Virus record (IMG/VR): IMGVR_UViG_3300022602_000095
Location: 1-62,503 of that record
Source of the DNA: a virus
Taxonomy: Duplodnaviria; Caudoviricetes
DNA: 62,503 nucleotides
Direction: 5' to 3' (one strand)
The position numbers and the translations under genes are program-made. The notes beneath the pieces are model-generated. The model did no database searches, was not told the DNA's origin, and was given only the letters and a program-made list of their open reading frames with translations. Below, one piece after another: positions 15,100-25,304 of the stretch; position 1 is the stretch's first letter; every line of letters begins with the position of its first letter.

Positions 15100-17145
15100 T
15101 TAGTATTTGATACAGGCAAGAAGTGCTATATTTGTTGGGCGCGTTTCTGTACCACCAGCGATGTTTATTGAGATACCTGTATTATGTGGATTAGTTATAT
15201 GGCCAGGATCGTTAAGTGTAATACCGGTAGGGGTAATACTTGTTTTTGGATGGTTGGTTGTAGCTGTACCGCTCTGAGAATTTACATTACCTGCAGTAGG
15301 CGTTGAACTTACACCAAATGAAGCTGTTGAGTTGACACCAGCAAAACCTTCTACGTGATAATGACCGGGATCGGAAATTGTAATACCTGTGCCATTAACA
15401 GTGTGTATATGACCAGGATCCGAAACACCGTGTGTATGGCCAGCAAAACTATCATCTTGTGTTGTACCAATACCTCTTCCAGCGTCTATACTGCCGTTAT
15501 CAGCCCAACCACGAATAAATTGACCGCGTAGATCAGGTAAACGGAAGTTACTTGGACCATCACCGGGTTGCCACCAAATGGTATTGCCATTAGTTGCTTT
15601 TGGTAAGATATTAAAAAGGTTTTGATAATTAGTAATTGGCAACACTGCGCCATTTGCCTTTACCCAACCAGTTGGGGCTGTTGTTGTTGCAAAGAATGCA
15701 ACGCATCCTGGTGGTGCAGCTGCAACAGCAGATAGAGTAACATTATCTACTTGTGTATCAACATAATTTTTATTTGTTAATTCTGTCGAAATATTTGGTA
15801 CAGATGTAACAAATATTCTATTTGTTGAACTTAACGCACCTGTAATAGTTGCTCCGCCTGAAAGTGGTATGTAATTTGTTGATATTGTTGAATCAACATA
15901 TCCCTTTGTAACAAGTTCAGTTGAATTAACCGGTTGCGTGCTAGCTGTAAGATTACCGGTTAAGGTACTACCACTTAGTGATACAAATTTACTATCAACA
16001 TAAGCTTTATTTGTTACATCTGTGCCAACTGTTGGTGATCCAAGAGACGTAATGAGTGAGGCGCTTAAATTACCAAGTGCACTTATTGATCCGGTTGTGG
16101 TAAAGCTACCAGCTGCTGTTACACTACTACCAAGAGATACTGTGCCATTAACTGTTAAATTACCAGGACTTGTCAGGGTACCGCCTGTTAAAGCTAAAAA
16201 ATGTGAAGCAATATATGCAGGTGTTGTACAGGTATTAAATTGTGTTACATACCCTAGATTAACAACATCATATGTATTAACTGGCGTTACATCTGTAACG
16301 AGTCGCCCGCCATTAGCGTTAAGAGCGCTCAATACCCCAGTGAGACTGCTACCACTTACAGGAACATAGTTTGTTATAACAGGGGAGTTAATACTCAATG
16401 TTGTAGCATTAGTACTCAATATTGTACTACCTGTTGTTGTGAGAGTGATTGGACCTAAAGCAGACCCGGATGAATTTGTTTGGCCGAGAATCTGATTTTG
16501 ATTTATACGAACGTCTGTTATATTTCCAGTGTTATTTGTTATCTTAACGCTATTGGTAAGACCAGGTACAAGTAAATTATTACCTATACTCTGTGATTTA
16601 ATATTAAGTACAACACCAGCACCGCCACTTATTGTTGATGAAGATGTTGTTATGTTTGCGTTAAGATTACTAATACCGACAGCGTTTGGTTGTAAAGTTA
16701 ATTGTGACCCATTATAATTAAATTGATTTGGATTAATGTTTGTTGTGTTATATAGATGTGCTAAATTAGAGAGCGAGATATAGTTTGTTAAATTAGGTAC
16801 TGTACCATAAGTTGTAATACTTGAAACTGTATAAATAGATGTACTGGTTAGATCATAAACAATATCACCGATATTTGCTCCACTTAATTTATAAAAAGCT
16901 GCTGATGTAAGATTTGTTTGAGTGGAATTATTTGGATTAACAAAGCCACCTGAAAGAGCAGGTATTACACCGTAGTTAACAATACTGACAGGTATACCGC
17001 CAGGTGTAACGCCATCACCGATATACACGCGCTTTGTATCGATACTATATGATGGTTCACCTAGATATAAAGGTGCTGTACTTAAATTTATTCTTTGAGT
17101 ATCTGCACCACGACGGAATAGAATCTTAGTTAACGTGTTTGCCAT
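15100..17145 (-). CDS. tail fibre protein with tail-collar domain
   Basis: N-terminal RRG..GEP..DTKRVYIGDG; (F/Y)V.LSG.TLTG/TNK.YVD repeats; collar PPGCVAFFA..PTGW..FRLPDLRGQFIRG; HxH tip motifs; ETRP.N. Confidence 0.85.
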   Translation of the reverse strand: MANTLTKILFRRGADTQRINLSTAPLYLGEPSYSIDTKRVYIGDGVTPGGIPVSIVNYGVIPALSGGFVNPNNSTQTNLTSAAFYKLSGANIGDIVYDLTSTSIYTVSSITTYGTVPNLTNYISLSNLAHLYNTTNINPNQFNYNGSQLTLQPNAVGISNLNANITTSSSTISGGAGVVLNIKSQSIGNNLLVPGLTNSVKITNNTGNITDVRINQNQILGQTNSSGSALGPITLTTTGSTILSTNATTLSINSPVITNYVPVSGSSLTGVLSALNANGGRLVTDVTPVNTYDVVNLGYVTQFNTCTTPAYIASHFLALTGGTLTSPGNLTVNGTVSLGSSVTAAGSFTTTGSISALGNLSASLITSLGSPTVGTDVTNKAYVDSKFVSLSGSTLTGNLTASTQPVNSTELVTKGYVDSTISTNYIPLSGGATITGALSSTNRIFVTSVPNISTELTNKNYVDTQVDNVTLSAVAAAPPGCVAFFATTTAPTGWVKANGAVLPITNYQNLFNILPKATNGNTIWWQPGDGPSNFRLPDLRGQFIRGWADNGSIDAGRGIGTTQDDSFAGHTHGVSDPGHIHTVNGTGITISDPGHYHVEGFAGVNSTASFGVSSTPTAGNVNSQSGTATTNHPKTSITPTGITLNDPGHITNPHNTGISINIAGGTETRPTNIALLACIKY

Positions 17146-17207
17146 AATTAAGCTGTTTAATTATTTATCATAATTATATAAATTACCATATAATCATAAA
17201 TACTAAT

Positions 17208-17441
17208 ATGACTAAGTTATATTCAGCGGTTATATCTGGAAAAAATACAATATCTGTATTTGATGTTCAGAAAGGTATAACTAGCTATAAAATAAATCTT
17301 GGCGATGTTGAGATAGTGAATGGACCTGTTGTGACACAGGATAAATTAACTGTTGTTATTAAGACAAAACAAGGATTAATGCAAGGTAAGGTGTACTCTC
17401 TACCAAAAGGTATACTTTCCTATTCTTTTCAGATTAAATAA
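17208..17441 (+). CDS. late hypothetical beta-rich protein
   Basis: TAAATA-N5-ATG. Confidence 0.65.
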   Translation: MTKLYSAVISGKNTISVFDVQKGITSYKINLGDVEIVNGPVVTQDKLTVVIKTKQGLMQGKVYSLPKGILSYSFQIK

Positions 17442-17453
17442 CTTTAATAAAGT

Positions 17454-17846
17454 ATGCGCAATCTTTCAGTCAAGCCAGCAGAAATTAATAAGATAAAGGC
17501 AGATGTAGAGCATCTCTATAAAACTGTTTATCAGGGCAATGGTAAGCCATCTATTTTAAATCAAATAACAAGTATTGAGCACCGTCTAACTTCTTTAGAA
17601 GAAAAGCTCGATGCGAACTTTAAATCAATGGATAATGAAATGTCTTTAAAGTTTGATAATATTACTGATATTGTTAATGAGCGCTTTTCACATATATCAT
17701 ATCAAATATCACGAGAATTTGAAGTTGAGAAAGTGCATACTGCTGGTAAACATCAGCTTAAAGCAGGTTTGATTACAGCAATTATTGCGACAATAACAAC
17801 ATTCGGCGCTCTATTATTGAATCACCTCTTTGCAGCAGTACATTAG
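17454..17846 (+). CDS. coiled-coil protein with C-terminal TM helix (possibly lysis-related)
   Basis: Heptad pattern then LITAIIATITTFGALLL. Confidence 0.55.
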   Translation: MRNLSVKPAEINKIKADVEHLYKTVYQGNGKPSILNQITSIEHRLTSLEEKLDANFKSMDNEMSLKFDNITDIVNERFSHISYQISREFEVEKVHTAGKHQLKAGLITAIIATITTFGALLLNHLFAAVH

Positions 17847-17888
17847 TATAAGTTGATAAAACTATAATAAGTTATATAATGCTATTAT

Positions 17889-18425
17889 ATGACTTTAATT
17901 AATGTTGAATCCGCGCAAGAAGCTCTAAAGCTAGATAGTTTTAAATTTATACCCGCTGAAAAGTATCCATATAGTATTATAGGGTTTCAATTAAAGAATT
18001 TTTACGATCAGCAGCGAATTAAAATTAAATCAAAGTATCATACAAAAGATATTATTCATCCTCTACCTACATCAGACTCAACTGTAGCGTGTTTTAGAGG
18101 TATAAAAATCCTATTAAGAGAAAAATATAACCCTCTCATTGAACAGCTTGTAAAATTCAATACAATCCTATCCGATAAGATAGATATCGATGTTTATAGA
18201 AATTTACTCGAAGAGTACGATTTATCATGTTCTGATTGTTTCTCTTTCTTAAAGAAAGGCGTCTATCCAATTGACGGTAAGTGTCTATCTGATATATCAA
18301 ACATTGATATCACGCTCGATTCACTCTATGAGGATGCTTTTAATACAAAGAGTGTACCTGTATACCAATCATTTAGCAGTTTTACAATTTTTATTCTTTG
18401 TAACGAAACAATATTTAATAATTAA
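17889..18425 (+). CDS. hypothetical protein
   Basis: 178-aa ORF with TTGATA/TATAAT upstream. Confidence 0.65.
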   Translation: MTLINVESAQEALKLDSFKFIPAEKYPYSIIGFQLKNFYDQQRIKIKSKYHTKDIIHPLPTSDSTVACFRGIKILLREKYNPLIEQLVKFNTILSDKIDIDVYRNLLEEYDLSCSDCFSFLKKGVYPIDGKCLSDISNIDITLDSLYEDAFNTKSVPVYQSFSSFTIFILCNETIFNN

Positions 18426-18436
18426 TAAATATCTAT

Positions 18437-18619
18437 ATGACGTTTCTTATAGAGAACACTTTGCTCTATAAGAAATATATGGAAGAGAAAGCCCATATAC
18501 TTGAAAATAAATGGTATATGTCTGAACGCGCAGGTAAAGATGTAGGTTACGAAAGAGCTCTTCTCGATTGGATGTTAAATAAGAAAGAATATCTTAAGCA
18601 AGATAAGTCACTGCACTAG
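18437..18619 (+). CDS. DUF4032-like small protein
   Basis: HILENKWYMSERAGKDVGYERALLDW motif. Confidence 0.65.
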   Translation: MTFLIENTLLYKKYMEEKAHILENKWYMSERAGKDVGYERALLDWMLNKKEYLKQDKSLH

Positions 18620-21461
18620 GATCTTTTGCTACTTTGGTGCCACCAAAGTCATCATTTTCTACAGCAGCTAAACTACCCATAGCAAGCTGGCGAACCGCCA
18701 TGTGTGAACCTACTTCACCTTCGTCGTACTGATGTGTATGTTCCTTCATTACTGTACAATCAACATGTGCACCAGTTCCCATGTTAAGTATAGGAAATTT
18801 AGGTGCGCCACCGCTTGCAGGAATACTTGCAGCTTTATGTAGTAGTTGTACTTCGACTGGTGTAAGGCCGCGAATCGATATTGCATTTGAAGGATCGGAT
18901 GGTAATGGGCTTGAGATCGGCACTATTGGCGGTGTATATCCTGGTACAGTTTGTAATGTACCGGTAACACCTACTGGACCGGTTCCAGCTACGCAGAAAC
19001 CAGTTGGTGTAACAACAGGAATTGGCGCGACATTAGTTGAGAAAACTGGTGCTCCAAGATTACCTTTCCCAACAACATTACAAGTACCAGGTAGTATATA
19101 ACCAACAATAGTACCTGTTGGAACGAATCCTGTATATCTACCTGGATCTGTATAACCCATATGAACAGGTAATCCGACACCTGGCTGTAATTCATTAGTT
19201 AATAGGTCGACAATACCACCAGTATCCATTGGTATGCCCATACCTACACTCATATCGGAAGTAGGTCCTCCTCTTGTTACAACAGCGTCAGTTAAGCGTT
19301 TATGTTGAGGGGTGTCGGTAGACTGTGCTGTAAAATTACCTTCAACATGCATACCACCTTGTACAAAGATTCTACCTGTTATACCAATGTCACCGTCAAT
19401 TAATATCTGCTCACCGTTTCGTTGTTTAATATGTACAATGTCACCGGTTAAAGATAAACGTTTACCACCATCAATATTAACTTCATTAGCGCTACCAATA
19501 TTAACCTGTTCACCGGCAATATTAGTCATGGCACCTGAAATATTAACAACACCATATGATTTGAGATTTAGTCCACCTGCACCAACCAATACATTATACC
19601 GATTACATACATTCAGTGAATACGTACCACCAGGGAGATCATCGACCTGTACTTGTTCAATAAGTGGTGATGGTTTACGTATAACTAACGTAGCACCTGG
19701 ATGTACCTGGACATATGCTGGTTCCATCTTACCCTTAGGATCAACTCTTATAGCACCGAAATCATTCATTACAGTGCCGATTGTCTCTACTTTATGTTTA
19801 GTGATTTCAATGATCTCCGAACCACCTTGCCCCATCTGTGCTTCAATCTTAGCAAGTTTTGGTATTGCATCGATCATCATTTGTGGTAGGTCGATAGTTT
19901 TCTTCGTTTCAATCGCCCAAACACCATTAAATGAACTCGGACTCATGCCTGTGCCGCCGCAAGCCGGACAACTATGACCTGCAGGATAACCTGGTGCATT
20001 CTGTAATGTTGAGCCATCGTGCCCAGTCATTGGTGTATTTGCGCCAATGAGTAATGGTGAGCTAGCTTGAAAATTAATCAAACCTTTTACAACATTTGTT
20101 AATATACCAATACCAGCAGAGAAACTCGTAGGTATAACTCCTCTTACAGTTGTTGGTGAGAGATTGAGAAAATTAAACTTAGCTGTACCATCACCACCTA
20201 GATTACTAGTATCGGCAACATTTGATGAAACACCATACCCGGGTGCAAACGAATTATTAAGTGCAAGAGTTGTAGCACCACCTGCACATACTGGGCATAA
20301 CGCTGGGTTACCTGATTTAGCTTGACCGCTTCCATTAAGCTTTAATAACGATGCTACACTTTCGTGTATACCGTCTGTACGTCTGATATCAAATAACTGT
20401 TTTATATCAGCAATTGGATTCATTATAGTTTTCCATTGTTGATATAATGAATAATTTAAATCACCTACCTTACGGTAATGATCACCGGCTATAACATTAT
20501 CGTAGTCCCTTTGGGTAAATTCATTACGTGTACCACGAACAGTTTGAAACAAATCACCAAGAACAAGCTTTTGATCATTACCAGTAGCTAATTCAATATT
20601 AGCTTGATTATTAAATTCTTTAAATGAGCCTGAATAATGTGTAAGCTTTAGTAACTCACGATTATCAGTATTGACAAATGCTAGCGTACCACCCTTTTGA
20701 TTTATGACGTATTTGTTACGATATGTTTCAGCATTAATTGTACCGGAACCTGTAGATGTGTTCTCCCATTCCCCTGGATAGTCTAAACCTGGTTGACCTA
20801 TGGTTGCATCGAAGATGCTATTCCACTCTGTGGCACCATGTGTAGCACTAAAGACAACAGGCTTTAAAGGGTCACCGGCATTAAAGAAGACCCAAACATG
20901 TGAACCAACATTAGGTATTGCAAACGACCCTTTACCGCTATTACTATAACACTCTGGCGTATAATTATAACTTAATTTATTGACGTTATTAACGTTTGTT
21001 AGTTGTGGGTTATTGAAAGCATCACTTAAATTGACAGATGCCATGTCATATATATGACCTGGTTTTTCACCTATATTATCCGAATTTTGTACATAAGGGG
21101 TTGCACTACCACTTGTACCAAACAAATAACTAAAATTTGAACCATCGCTTGTCGTTGCTTGTTTGGTAGCAGCGTGATAACGACCAGCGCTCGACTCACC
21201 AATAATTGGTGATGCTACTTCTGCCCAAGGTAGGATTTGCTTAAGATCATCGAGAATATTTGTTAAATCGCTGCCAACATTACTTCCGATAAATTTAAAC
21301 ACTCTATCAACAGCAGGCTTGTTGTCGCTGTTCTCTGTCCAGTTCTTGTAAACAGTCGGTGTTATATGCGGTACAAAAACTTTAACACGTCCACGATATT
21401 GTGGATCGTTGTTCTGCACCACAATACCCATATAGTTGCCGTAATATTTTGGGTAATCCAT
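18594..21461 (-). CDS. gp5/VgrG-like baseplate hub and central spike protein
   Basis: G.VVQNNDP..RGRVKV..P OB-fold start, PNVGSHVWVFF.GDP..PV, beta-helix repeats, C-terminal HTH metal-binding tip. Confidence 0.8.
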   Translation of the reverse strand: MDYPKYYGNYMGIVVQNNDPQYRGRVKVFVPHITPTVYKNWTENSDNKPAVDRVFKFIGSNVGSDLTNILDDLKQILPWAEVASPIIGESSAGRYHAATKQATTSDGSNFSYLFGTSGSATPYVQNSDNIGEKPGHIYDMASVNLSDAFNNPQLTNVNNVNKLSYNYTPECYSNSGKGSFAIPNVGSHVWVFFNAGDPLKPVVFSATHGATEWNSIFDATIGQPGLDYPGEWENTSTGSGTINAETYRNKYVINQKGGTLAFVNTDNRELLKLTHYSGSFKEFNNQANIELATGNDQKLVLGDLFQTVRGTRNEFTQRDYDNVIAGDHYRKVGDLNYSLYQQWKTIMNPIADIKQLFDIRRTDGIHESVASLLKLNGSGQAKSGNPALCPVCAGGATTLALNNSFAPGYGVSSNVADTSNLGGDGTAKFNFLNLSPTTVRGVIPTSFSAGIGILTNVVKGLINFQASSPLLIGANTPMTGHDGSTLQNAPGYPAGHSCPACGGTGMSPSSFNGVWAIETKKTIDLPQMMIDAIPKLAKIEAQMGQGGSEIIEITKHKVETIGTVMNDFGAIRVDPKGKMEPAYVQVHPGATLVIRKPSPLIEQVQVDDLPGGTYSLNVCNRYNVLVGAGGLNLKSYGVVNISGAMTNIAGEQVNIGSANEVNIDGGKRLSLTGDIVHIKQRNGEQILIDGDIGITGRIFVQGGMHVEGNFTAQSTDTPQHKRLTDAVVTRGGPTSDMSVGMGIPMDTGGIVDLLTNELQPGVGLPVHMGYTDPGRYTGFVPTGTIVGYILPGTCNVVGKGNLGAPVFSTNVAPIPVVTPTGFCVAGTGPVGVTGTLQTVPGYTPPIVPISSPLPSDPSNAISIRGLTPVEVQLLHKAASIPASGGAPKFPILNMGTGAHVDCTVMKEHTHQYDEGEVGSHMAVRQLAMGSLAAVENDDFGGTKVAKDPSAVTYLA

Positions 21462-21497
21462 ACTTGATTTAATATTATTTACACATATAATCTGAAT

Positions 21498-22316
21498 ATG
21501 CTAATTAAAGTATCGCACGAATCTCCGATTTCTATACTGCAGACATCGACATTGTATAATGATTTTGACTATGCACTGGTACATTTATTTGAATCTCATC
21601 CAAAATACTATCAGTATTTTAAAACAGCGCGTGACGTATATAACCGTGAAGTTCTTCTTGATAACTCAATCTTTGAACTTGGATATGCATTTGATAGTGA
21701 TAAGTTCTTAGCTGCTGCTATCGACCTTAAACCGAACATGTTTATTGTTCCTGATGTACTTGAAAACAGTATGGAGACGGTCGAAAGCTTTCATCGCTGG
21801 TCAAAGGACGAGCTAATACGGCAGGTCAAAGATGAATGTATTACAAAAGCTATTGGTGCTGTACAAGGTAAAACATGGCAGCAATTAATTGATTGTTACA
21901 AGTACATGTCAGATAGCGCTGACATGATTGCGATAAGTTTTGATTTCTCATATTATGATTGTACTGGCGAGGGTAGTACACAGCTTGATCGGTGGTGCTC
22001 TGGTCGTCAGCGCTTTATTACTCAACTTATTGATAAAGGTATTTGGAACTGGGATAAGCCTCACCATCTCCTCGGATGTTCTTTAGCTAAGGAGTTTCGT
22101 TATTATGTAAATCATAATATTTTTAATATTGTAAGTTGTGATACAAGTAACCCGATTGTAGCAGCTCTTCATAATATGAAGTATGATGCTGACTACGGTC
22201 TTCCAACTAAACCGTCTACAAAGCTTGCCGATCTCATTGATCATCAAGTAACAAAAGATGAGATGGAGATTATTGATTATAATACTAAAATGTTTAAGAA
22301 GATCCTATGCAGATAG
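21498..22316 (+). CDS. dpdA: TGT-fold 7-deazaguanine transglycosylase, DpdA3-like
   Basis: LLDNSIFE, IVPDV, GAVQG, HHLLGC and SCDTS motifs of the TGT barrel; adjacent to formyltransferase and queF. Confidence 0.7.
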   Translation: MLIKVSHESPISILQTSTLYNDFDYALVHLFESHPKYYQYFKTARDVYNREVLLDNSIFELGYAFDSDKFLAAAIDLKPNMFIVPDVLENSMETVESFHRWSKDELIRQVKDECITKAIGAVQGKTWQQLIDCYKYMSDSADMIAISFDFSYYDCTGEGSTQLDRWCSGRQRFITQLIDKGIWNWDKPHHLLGCSLAKEFRYYVNHNIFNIVSCDTSNPIVAALHNMKYDADYGLPTKPSTKLADLIDHQVTKDEMEIIDYNTKMFKKILCR

Positions 22317-22912
22317 ACACTAATTGGGTAGCTTTTTTTAGTCGTAGTGGATCTGAAATAAATAATATTATTCATCATATTGGTAAATTACCTGCTGCAA
22401 TAATTACAAATCGTCAGAATGACGATGATTTGAATCCATCGTTAAAAGCATTAAGAGATAATAATAAACTTAATTGGATAGTTCTTCCAAAGAACCCTGA
22501 ACTAAAAGACTATAAGCAAGCACTTAAACAGTATACTGACCCATTGATAACTCTTCATGGCTTTCTAAGAATTATACCAAAAGATATTTGTAAAAAATAT
22601 AAAAATATATACAATCTACACCCTGGACTTATAACTGTATATCCAGAGCTCAAAGGTAAAGACCCGCAAATTAGAGCTATAGAGGCAGACCATAAGATAG
22701 CTGGTGCTGTTATTCATAAGGTTATACCGGCTGTCGATGAGGGTGAGATCGTTACTTCGCATGCCATCAATATACATGGACTTAGCAAAGATGAAGTTTT
22801 TAACAATCTACACTCACTAGGTAGTGTAATGTGGTATCAATTTTTTAAAGATTATGAGCATAGAAGAAATAGTAAAAACAATAGAGACACAGTATCCAGC
22901 GACTTGTACTGA
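22307..22912 (+). CDS. dpdN: PurN-like formyltransferase (DpdN-like preQ1 formyltransferase)
   Basis: FFSRSGS, LHGFLRIIP, NLHPGL, GAVIH.V..VDEGEI. Confidence 0.75.
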   Translation: MQIDTNWVAFFSRSGSEINNIIHHIGKLPAAIITNRQNDDDLNPSLKALRDNNKLNWIVLPKNPELKDYKQALKQYTDPLITLHGFLRIIPKDICKKYKNIYNLHPGLITVYPELKGKDPQIRAIEADHKIAGAVIHKVIPAVDEGEIVTSHAINIHGLSKDEVFNNLHSLGSVMWYQFFKDYEHRRNSKNNRDTVSSDLY

Positions 22913-23201
22913 ATTTAAAAAGATTCAGTACGAACATTATCTTACATTTTGTAAGAAGCAGTTTGATTATGGTCCGGGTAATATCTCTTTAGGATCATCG
23001 CTAAATACGGCAGAAGAGCGCAAGGCATCAATCTCAGCTATTGTTGTACGACTTAATGATAAACTACAACGATTGATTAATCTTGTTCTTAGAAAGAACA
23101 GCTTAGAATCTGCCAATGAGTCTGTATTTGACGCTTTTCTAGATACTGCTGTTTATAGTATTATTGCTGAGATTGTTAATCGTGGCAAGTGGGCGAAGTA
23201 G
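22854..23201 (+). CDS. DUF1599/Nmad1-like nucleotide-modification-associated protein (MazG-like helical fold)
   Basis: KKQFDYG..NI ... VRLNDKLQRL ... ESVFDAFLD.AVY. Confidence 0.7.
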   Translation: MSIEEIVKTIETQYPATCTEFKKIQYEHYLTFCKKQFDYGPGNISLGSSLNTAEERKASISAIVVRLNDKLQRLINLVLRKNSLESANESVFDAFLDTAVYSIIAEIVNRGKWAK

Positions 23202-23216
23202 AGCTATAATTATTAT

Positions 23217-23765
23217 ATGATTATAAGTTTTTCAGGTGTTCAGAGTTCAGGTAAGACTACTCTTTTAAAGGCTTGTAAGGAGATCTATAGCGATCGTTTT
23301 GAATTTGTTGATGAAGTAACAAGATTGGTTAAGCGTGAATTTAATGTACCTATCAACGAGCAAGGTACAGGTCTTACTCAGTGTCTGATTACTAATAAAC
23401 ATATTGAGAATGTATTAAAGCAAAGAGATAAAGATGTTATACTCGATCGTTGTATTCTTGATGGTTTATGCTATACAGGATATCTTCACTTGGAGGGTAG
23501 TGTACCTAAGTGGGTATTTGATTATACACAAAATGTTTTTAAAAGACTTATTAGTCAATATAATATAATTTTTTATACTGATCCTTATGACGTAGCTTTA
23601 ATTGATGATGGTGAAAGAAGTACGGATATTGATTTTAGAAATAGGATGATTGAGACATTTGAACAGGCTATTATTTCATATGGTGATTTATTAGAAAATA
23701 AACTCGTTCGACTAAAAGGAACAGTTGAAGAACGAATGGAAGCTATTAAAATAAAGCTACAATAA
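23217..23765 (+). CDS. P-loop nucleotide kinase (AAA_28/NadR-like)
   Basis: GVQSSGKTT, DRCILD, DDGERS. Confidence 0.8.
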   Translation: MIISFSGVQSSGKTTLLKACKEIYSDRFEFVDEVTRLVKREFNVPINEQGTGLTQCLITNKHIENVLKQRDKDVILDRCILDGLCYTGYLHLEGSVPKWVFDYTQNVFKRLISQYNIIFYTDPYDVALIDDGERSTDIDFRNRMIETFEQAIISYGDLLENKLVRLKGTVEERMEAIKIKLQ

Positions 23766-23767
23766 TT

Positions 23768-24685
23768 ATGACAACAAACTTAACTGATATTGCTTCTAAA
23801 ACTCTTGGTTCCTCAGCATCCTATGCTGTATACACTGAGCAGTTCGATCCATCGCTTCTTAATCCTATGCCTAGAATTCTTGCTCGTGAAGGGTGGGGTA
23901 TTAAGGGTGATGAGTTTGTAGGTTTTGATACGTGGCATTGTCATGAAGCTACATTCCTTCTTAATAATGGTTATCCTGTTGCTGGTACAATTAAATATGT
24001 TTATCCAGCTGATTCAGAGTTTATGGTAGAATCGAAGTCTGCCAAGCTCTATATGAACTCTTTCGATATGTGTAAGATGGGTGAGAACCTCAACGAGGCT
24101 ATTAAGAATTATGAACAGCAAATTACTACCGATCTCACTAATGTAATCGGAAAGCCTGTTAAAGTTAAATTCTTTCCTTCTGAATCAACAGGTATTTTTC
24201 CTCTAAGGGATTATCGAGATTTGTATGTAGAACTTGCTAATAAAGCTTCGCAAATTACAATTACAGATTATTCAGCTCAACAAGATCATTTAGAATTTTA
24301 TAAGATTCATCCTGAAGATAATAATCTAGTTAGTGATAAGTGGTTTACCAATGCCCTTCGCTCACGCTGCCGTCATACAAAGCAAAAAGATACAGGTGCT
24401 GCTTATGTTCATATTATTACAAAAAATGGTATGCGGGTAAAGCCTGAATCGCTCTTTAAGCAGATTGTAGCACTTCGTGAGGTTAATGAATTCCATGAAT
24501 TTTGTGCTGAGAAGCTTTTTACAAGTATTATGGCTCACGATGAGGTAGCAGACTGTGTAGTAACTCTTCTTTACTCACGACGTGGCTCACTCGATATTAA
24601 TCCCACACGTGCGAGTAGTAAGCATCTCCTACCTCTTATTCTCGGTGACGTAAATCACTATACAGAGAAGGCAATGGGACAGTAG
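23768..24685 (+). CDS. queF: 7-cyano-7-deazaguanine (preQ0) reductase, bimodular type
   Basis: QueF motif ESKSAKLYMNSF, LRSRC..T.Q.D, FHEFC, YSRRGSLDINP. Confidence 0.9.
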   Translation: MTTNLTDIASKTLGSSASYAVYTEQFDPSLLNPMPRILAREGWGIKGDEFVGFDTWHCHEATFLLNNGYPVAGTIKYVYPADSEFMVESKSAKLYMNSFDMCKMGENLNEAIKNYEQQITTDLTNVIGKPVKVKFFPSESTGIFPLRDYRDLYVELANKASQITITDYSAQQDHLEFYKIHPEDNNLVSDKWFTNALRSRCRHTKQKDTGAAYVHIITKNGMRVKPESLFKQIVALREVNEFHEFCAEKLFTSIMAHDEVADCVVTLLYSRRGSLDINPTRASSKHLLPLILGDVNHYTEKAMGQ

Positions 24686-24712
24686 TTTAGCTTGTTAGTT
24701 GTTGTTACAAAG

Positions 24713-24741
24713 AAAAAGCCCTAGCTAAGCTAGGGCTTTTT
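24713..24741. terminator. bidirectional intrinsic terminator
   Basis: AAAAAGCCCTAGC-TAA-GCTAGGGCTTTTT between convergent genes. Confidence 0.9.
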
Positions 24742-24764
24742 TAATTTAGTTTATTATCTTTTTA

Positions 24765-25274
24765 TTAACCGCACTGTGCCACAAGACGTGCGTGACCGGC
24801 TGTTGTACGTACAGCGTTTGATGAATTCAATGATGTTTCACTAGGATTTGTTGAAACAAAGAAGAAGTTATCAAGCTTTGAATTCTGTGTAGTATCAAAA
24901 ACTATAGTTGATGAGTTTCCAGAGAGGAAAAGATTTGTTGTAAGAAGATTAACATTATCAATATCATTGCTTACAGGGAAGATAATATTAAGGGTTACGC
25001 TTGAAATAGAAGTATTAAAAGTTGGTGATACGATATTACCTACATAGTTAACTGTTGTTGGGATTACTGAAGCGGAGCTTAATGATATAACAGCGCTACT
25101 TACACCGGTTTGTAAAGTAAGATAAGCAACATCATCGGTAAGAGCATTGCCAAGAGTTGTATTACTTAAGTTAAGTAGAATAGTTGCGCTTGCGCCAGTT
25201 GTGGCTGAAGAGTATGTATAACTGTTAACAGAAGCAATAGCTGGTGTAACGTTTAAGAGGGATTCGTATGCCAT
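24765..25274 (-). CDS. Ser/Thr-rich virion protein (decoration-like), paralogue 2
   Basis: MAYESLLNVTP...LDNFFF...VRTTAGHARL; TAAATA late promoter; downstream of the MCP. Confidence 0.6.
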   Translation of the reverse strand: MAYESLLNVTPAIASVNSYTYSSATTGASATILLNLSNTTLGNALTDDVAYLTLQTGVSSAVISLSSASVIPTTVNYVGNIVSPTFNTSISSVTLNIIFPVSNDIDNVNLLTTNLFLSGNSSTIVFDTTQNSKLDNFFFVSTNPSETSLNSSNAVRTTAGHARLVAQCG

Positions 25275-25304
25275 ATATTATTATTTATTCTTTGGTTGTT
25301 TTTT

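Noticed and set aside
15100-17145. Diversity-generating retroelement or invertible tip in the tail fibre
   Set aside because: No reverse transcriptase, invertase or template repeat seen; the internal repeats are ordinary fibre motifs
16022-19977. Plus-strand ORFs 16022..16369, 18781..19101 and 19312..19977
   Set aside because: Antisense to the tail fibre and gp5; explained by codon bias, with no motifs or start signals
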